64,000 bases of DNA from a bacterium (GTDB taxonomy: Bacteria > SZUA-182 > DTGQ01 > JAFGSM01), in contig JBLIRN010000011.1 in assembly GCA_049472315.1 (NCBI GenBank), positions 1-64,000 on the forward strand. Direction: 5' to 3'. Numbering within the stretch: the first letter of the stretch is position 1; each line of letters begins with the position of its first letter. The translations under genes and the position numbers were made by a program. Shown in pieces: positions 59,403 through 64,000 of this stretch. Under the pieces are notes generated by a model that was not told the DNA's origin, made no database searches, and worked only from the letters and a program-made list of their open reading frames with translations.

Positions 59403-61231
59403 CGTCCCCTGATGAAGTGCGCGGCCCAGTTTCTGACGTGCTTTCCATTCAACACATGAAAATAGCGCAGCTTCTGGAGCGTCTTGTGGCTGAACGCGGA
59501 CAGGGGGAGAAATACCAACCGTTTCTGCTGGATTCTCGCATATTCCCTGATAACCGGGGAAGGCTTCCGGTGCGCCACAACAGCGACATACCGGTCGCGG
59601 GAGTAATATAATCCCGCCATCATGAGCCGTTCGGCATTGTCCCCGGCCGCGTCGAAGCGAGGGTTCGTCCACACGTCCGGTATCAATTGCGGGGGATAGA
59701 GAAACAGGGCGCCGCCGTAAAATGATCGTCCGATGGAGGGTCCCACCAGATCATCCTTGAAATCCGTGGCATAGAAGACCAGGGTGGATTCATTCTCGTG
59801 CTCGGCATGCCAGGTCAGTTTGTAGGGGTATTTGTCCCCCTCCCGGTCCTCATCGAAGATGAAGATCACCGCCCCCACCTCACCCTGGATCTGGGGTTCC
59901 TCCTTGACGTAGATCTTCCCTATGTGCAGGTTTCTCAATGTCTCCCGGAGGTGGATGCCGTCCTTGAGGGTGCTCTGGAATTCCTCGACCCGCACCTGGG
60001 AAATCCCCACCAGTTTCAGGGCACGCTTGCGGATATATCCGCAGAAGTTTTCGATGATCTCGTCCTCCGGTGGCCAGGAGCATACCGAATCGGGATTCCA
60101 GTACGTCCGCCACCTCCTTTTTTGCCTCTTGTCCGGGCTTTTTTCGAGGCTGATTCGCCTCCACTCCCTGGCCAGGGTGGGCACCCTCCTGAAGGCGGGA
60201 ACAGCGGAGCCGCCTTTGTCGATATATCGGTCGGTCATTTTAATGAGAGGGTGGGCGGGAGAGACGTCCATGAAGGGATAGAATCTCGCCACCTCAAGTA
60301 ATTTTATGGCGAAATCGTTCCCCATGACCCCCTTTGCCCCCACAACCAGTTCGTAAAGATCGGGGGTGAGCCTCTTTTTGAGGATACAGAGGTTCCGTAT
60401 GAATTGAAGGGCCGTTTGAATATCCTGATGACCGATCCGGTAAATCTCCTCGCGGAATTCCTTATGAAACTCATCCCGGGCCTCGATCAGGAGCATCTTG
60501 ACCGCCTCGGTCTTTTCGAACTCCTCGAACGAGAGGGTGCCCTTCAGCCTTTCATACTGGTAGGTGATATAGGGCAGCTCACCCAGAGCGAAATAGAGTG
60601 AATCGGGATGCACGGAAAAGAGCCTTACTTCCCGAGGCTTCCTGCCCGTTGGCACATCGCCGTATTCGTGCTGATAGTAGTGAAGGATGCCCGGGAGGTG
60701 GTGTACGGAAAATACACAGAGGACCCTCTTATATTCAAAGCTGAGTGTCTGGAGCCTGGAGGCCATATGGCGTGCCTGAATGTCCTCTTCCTTGGCGGTA
60801 AAGGCCGAAAAGGCCGTTTGGACATACGCGGAAAGCCCTATCCTGTGGACCGCATATTCATCGGGAAGGACAAGGCCGGCAAGTGGAGTCCCATCCATCT
60901 CCCTGTCAATACATCGAATCGGAAGGCCCTCCTCCATACCCAGCCGTATGGCCTCGATCATGCCATCGCAGGGATCAACGGGGAAATAGCTGCAACCTCC
61001 CTCCTCTCCCTCATCCGAGACGATGACCGAAATATAGGGCAACACATTGATGCCCTGGATGCTCAGGGAATGGAAGGAGTCAGGCAGCCCCACGGCAATG
61101 CAGTCAAACGGGGTGTTCAAAAAGGTCTCCTTCACCTCGTGGGCAAAGGCCACCCTTCCCGAAATGACCGGGACCAGGCAGATGTTGTCAAGCCATAGCC
61201 TGCCGTCCCTGACGAGAATCCTCTTTCCCAT
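59399..61231 (-). CDS. Conserved hypothetical protein, partner of the MoxR-like ATPase
   Basis: 610-aa ORF starting 3 bp after the ATPase stop; N-terminal region resembles TraB/GumN-like motifs. Confidence 0.8.
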   Translation of the reverse strand: MGKRILVRDGRLWLDNICLVPVISGRVAFAHEVKETFLNTPFDCIAVGLPDSFHSLSIQGINVLPYISVIVSDEGEEGGCSYFPVDPCDGMIEAIRLGMEEGLPIRCIDREMDGTPLAGLVLPDEYAVHRIGLSAYVQTAFSAFTAKEEDIQARHMASRLQTLSFEYKRVLCVFSVHHLPGILHYYQHEYGDVPTGRKPREVRLFSVHPDSLYFALGELPYITYQYERLKGTLSFEEFEKTEAVKMLLIEARDEFHKEFREEIYRIGHQDIQTALQFIRNLCILKKRLTPDLYELVVGAKGVMGNDFAIKLLEVARFYPFMDVSPAHPLIKMTDRYIDKGGSAVPAFRRVPTLAREWRRISLEKSPDKRQKRRWRTYWNPDSVCSWPPEDEIIENFCGYIRKRALKLVGISQVRVEEFQSTLKDGIHLRETLRNLHIGKIYVKEEPQIQGEVGAVIFIFDEDREGDKYPYKLTWHAEHENESTLVFYATDFKDDLVGPSIGRSFYGGALFLYPPQLIPDVWTNPRFDAAGDNAERLMMAGLYYSRDRYVAVVAHRKPSPVIREYARIQQKRLVFLPLSAFSHKTLQKLRYFHVLNGKHVRNWAAHFIRGR

Positions 61232-61234
61232 GCA

Positions 61235-62179
61235 CTACTGCCCCCGTTCCCCTTCCTCCTGATTGCCCTTTTCCCAGTCCTTCTGATTCATGAAGAAGTC
61301 CTCAAGAAAGACGATGTTGTTCAGATTCCTTGCATTGACCTGCGCCGCCTTCTTTTTTATATCGAGGGCATCCTTGCCCAGGACCTGCTCCACCGCCCTC
61401 TGAAATGCCTCCCGCAATCTCATGGGGTGCTTCCTCGATGTACCCCCCCTCATTTTCATGGCATATCGTGCTATACTCAGACCGTCCCGAATGCTGTATT
61501 CCAGACGGGCCTCATGGCTTTTTTGCAGAAATGCCACGGTGAGGCGCAAAATCTCCTCGGGTGCGAAATTGAGGTTGTACCTCAGAATCGCCAGTTCCTC
61601 CTCCTTGTCAGGGAAGTCGATGTGGATCATCGGCTGAAGGCGGGAAATGATGTAATCGGGCACCTCATACGTGGATGCATCGTCGTTCATGGTAACACAG
61701 CAGCGAAATTCAGGGTGCGCGTGGATCTTGATGCCGGCGATGATGCTCTCCACGTACCGGCGATTATCGAGCAATGGGGCAAGTGACGCCCATGATTTCT
61801 CACTCATTCGATTGGCCTCGTCGAGAATTGCCACCCCTCCCCGTATCATTGCCGTTACCAGAGAGCTCCCATGGTATTGAATCCTCCCATTGTCCGCGAT
61901 AACAGGGGTAATAATGAGGTCCTCGGGTCGGGTATCCATGGTGCACTGGTAGAGGTAGACAGGTTTTCCCAGGCTGCGCGCTGCGGCTATGGCCAGGGTC
62001 GTCTTTCCCATGCCGGGCTTGCCCAACAGGCGGGGGCACAAGGGAAAATCATCCGGTGTCAGGACGAGCCAGCATGCAAGGATTTGTTCCAAGAGATCCT
62101 CCTGGCCGATCCATTCCCGTTCCTGCTGGTCCGGATGCGAGAGGACCAATTCAATGGAGTCTATTGTTATGCGGTCCAT
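61235..62179 (-). CDS. MoxR-like AAA+ ATPase
   Basis: GKPGMGKT Walker A, ILDEANR Walker B, and TMN sensor motifs. Confidence 0.88.
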   Translation of the reverse strand: MDRITIDSIELVLSHPDQQEREWIGQEDLLEQILACWLVLTPDDFPLCPRLLGKPGMGKTTLAIAAARSLGKPVYLYQCTMDTRPEDLIITPVIADNGRIQYHGSSLVTAMIRGGVAILDEANRMSEKSWASLAPLLDNRRYVESIIAGIKIHAHPEFRCCVTMNDDASTYEVPDYIISRLQPMIHIDFPDKEEELAILRYNLNFAPEEILRLTVAFLQKSHEARLEYSIRDGLSIARYAMKMRGGTSRKHPMRLREAFQRAVEQVLGKDALDIKKKAAQVNARNLNNIVFLEDFFMNQKDWEKGNQEEGERGQ

Positions 62180-62297
62180 GCGGTATAATCCTCGATTTTG
62201 AAGGTTGGATATCCTTGGTTACTACGTATGTCCGATAAAAAATTCTACCACGTTTGCGCACACGAATCCAAACGAAGACGCACCTTCCTTCCCACGA

Positions 62298-64000
62298 TTA
62301 ATCGGATATGAGGTCATTCAGGTCCCCATCGGGCACGAAGTACTCGTCCGTTGTGGATTCCCCGCCGATCGTGTGGGGAAGCCCCTCGTCCAGAATCATT
62401 CGTTCGGTGTAACAGGGCTCGATTTCGATGAGAAAACGGCTCGGCTTCATCATGATCAAACCGCCGGAACGGCTCCGATAGACCTGGGGAATGACGAGGT
62501 ACAGCTCATCCCTTGCCCTGGTTACCGCCACATGAAACACGCGCCGTTCCTCCTCCTCGTCCTCCAGGGTGTTGATGGCGAGATCGGTTGGGAAACGTCC
62601 GTCCGTGAGCCATGGGATAAAGACCACCGGCCACTCGAGACCCTTGGCCTGGTGAATGGTGCTGAGGATGACGAATTCCTGCTCCTCAGGACCGGTGACC
62701 ACGGTCTCACCGGAGAAATCCGCTGCCAGGGCAAGGTCCGCAAGGAATGATTCAATGCTTCCGTATTGGGCGGCGAATGTTGCCATCCCCTTTATATCCT
62801 CCTGCCGCAGGTGCGCCCGGTCGTAGTGTGAGACCAGGTAGTCATCATAGAAGCGCCCCATCAAATGCTCGATCATATCCGCGGGTGAGGTCATTTCCGA
62901 CAGCTCCCGGAGGAGTTGTATGAAGTCGCGGTACACGGGATGTGCCCGCTCGGGAAATATACGTATCGCCTGGGGATCCAGGGCGGCATTCAGCGGATCA
63001 GCGCTTTTGTTGATATGTTCCCACAATCTCCGGGAGAGCACTCCTCCCACCCGAGGCAAGCGCCTCAATGTTCGCAGCCATGCGATCTCGTCCTGCGGGT
63101 TGTGGATGATCCGCAGATAGGCGAGCACGTCCTTTATGTGGGCCTGTTCGAAAAACCTCAATCCGCCCCTGATATGAAAGGGGATATTGCGGCGCTGGAG
63201 CTCCAGTTGTATCTCCATGGAATGCCAGTGGCTGCGGTAGAGGATGGCGATGGAGTTGAGGCTGCGCCCCTCGTCCAGCAGATGCAGGATGTATTCGGCC
63301 AAAAAACGGGATTGGCTGCAATGATCGTAGCACGTCACCAGGGCGGGCTTTAGCCCCGGTGGGCGCATCGCACGGAGGTCCTTGGGCAGTCTCACGGAAT
63401 TGTGCGCAATGCTTGCATTGGCCAGGGCGAGAATCTCCGGGGTGGAGCGATAGTTGGTTTCAAGACGGTATTCTTTGGCTTCGGGATAGCGCTCCCTGAA
63501 GGATATGATGTTCTGGAAGCTTGCCCCCCTGAAGCTGTAAATGGACTGCGAGTCGTCTCCCACCACGGTCAGGTTGCCATGTTTGGAGGCGAGGAGATCG
63601 ACGATTGTTCCCTGTATGGCATTGGTGTCCTGGTATTCATCGACCAGGATGTGGAGGAACTGGTCGGCGAGGAGCTCACGCACGTCGGTGTGCTCCATGA
63701 GGAGCCTGAGCCATGAGGAAAGCAGGTCGTCGTAATCGAGGAGCTGCCGCTGATGCTTTCGGGCCTCGTAGAGCGAGAGCACCTGCTGGATGCGGTCGAT
63801 ATCCTGCATGAACATCGGGTAATGCCTGCACAATACCCTTTCCAGGGAATCGAGCGTATTGTGCACAAAGCTGGAGATCTTCCCCAGGATCACCTTCTGA
63901 GGAAAGCGGCGTTCCTTTATCGGGATGCCTGCCTCCGTAATGCACGATCCAATGAGGTCCTGCGCATCCTCCCGGTCGAGAATGGTGAAATCCGGGCTGA
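62298..64000 (-). CDS. ATP-dependent DNA helicase, UvrD/PcrA family (5'-partial)
   Basis: LVDEYQDTN, VGDDSQSIYSFRGA, NYRS, TIHQAKGLEW and EERRVFHVAVTRA motifs; frame is open to the window edge. Confidence 0.93.
   Translation of the reverse strand, partial: SPDFTILDREDAQDLIGSCITEAGIPIKERRFPQKVILGKISSFVHNTLDSLERVLCRHYPMFMQDIDRIQQVLSLYEARKHQRQLLDYDDLLSSWLRLLMEHTDVRELLADQFLHILVDEYQDTNAIQGTIVDLLASKHGNLTVVGDDSQSIYSFRGASFQNIISFRERYPEAKEYRLETNYRSTPEILALANASIAHNSVRLPKDLRAMRPPGLKPALVTCYDHCSQSRFLAEYILHLLDEGRSLNSIAILYRSHWHSMEIQLELQRRNIPFHIRGGLRFFEQAHIKDVLAYLRIIHNPQDEIAWLRTLRRLPRVGGVLSRRLWEHINKSADPLNAALDPQAIRIFPERAHPVYRDFIQLLRELSEMTSPADMIEHLMGRFYDDYLVSHYDRAHLRQEDIKGMATFAAQYGSIESFLADLALAADFSGETVVTGPEEQEFVILSTIHQAKGLEWPVVFIPWLTDGRFPTDLAINTLEDEEEERRVFHVAVTRARDELYLVIPQVYRSRSGGLIMMKPSRFLIEIEPCYTERMILDEGLPHTIGGESTTDEYFVPDGDLNDLISD

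Overview
This is a chromosomal window from an anaerobe-like, probably diderm bacterium, with GC-rich genes and AT-rich intergenic islands; the lineage cannot be fixed from the sequence alone. Housekeeping content includes deoC, an acyl-CoA synthetase, an ABC exporter, ygiQ, wzi/SLBB/wzz polysaccharide export genes, a rhomboid-TPR protease, prmA, a PilZ protein, a MoxR-like ATPase with its partner, and a partial UvrD-family helicase. The glycine-cleavage locus has a GcvT-SHMT fusion, gcvH/PA/PB, a CoA-disulfide-reductase-like flavoprotein in place of Lpd, and lipB/lipA. A decayed integron has an intI pseudogene, a duplicated attI-like motif and a toxin-antitoxin cassette with attC. The most unusual content is (i) three pairs of paralogous secreted proteins of unknown family (Tyr/Pro/Phe-rich, Gly/Leu/Tyr-rich, and large KPWWSY-ending), with the Gly/Leu/Tyr-rich pair behind sigma-54 promoters; (ii) a non-canonical chaperone-usher-like pilus cluster containing a ~50-bp repeat array; (iii) a candidate ~300-nt sigma-54-dependent sRNA divergent from a GAF-AAA+ enhancer-binding protein; and (iv) REPIN-like elements that supply the 3' ends of lipB and prmA. 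Family assignments come from motif recognition only; no database searches were run.
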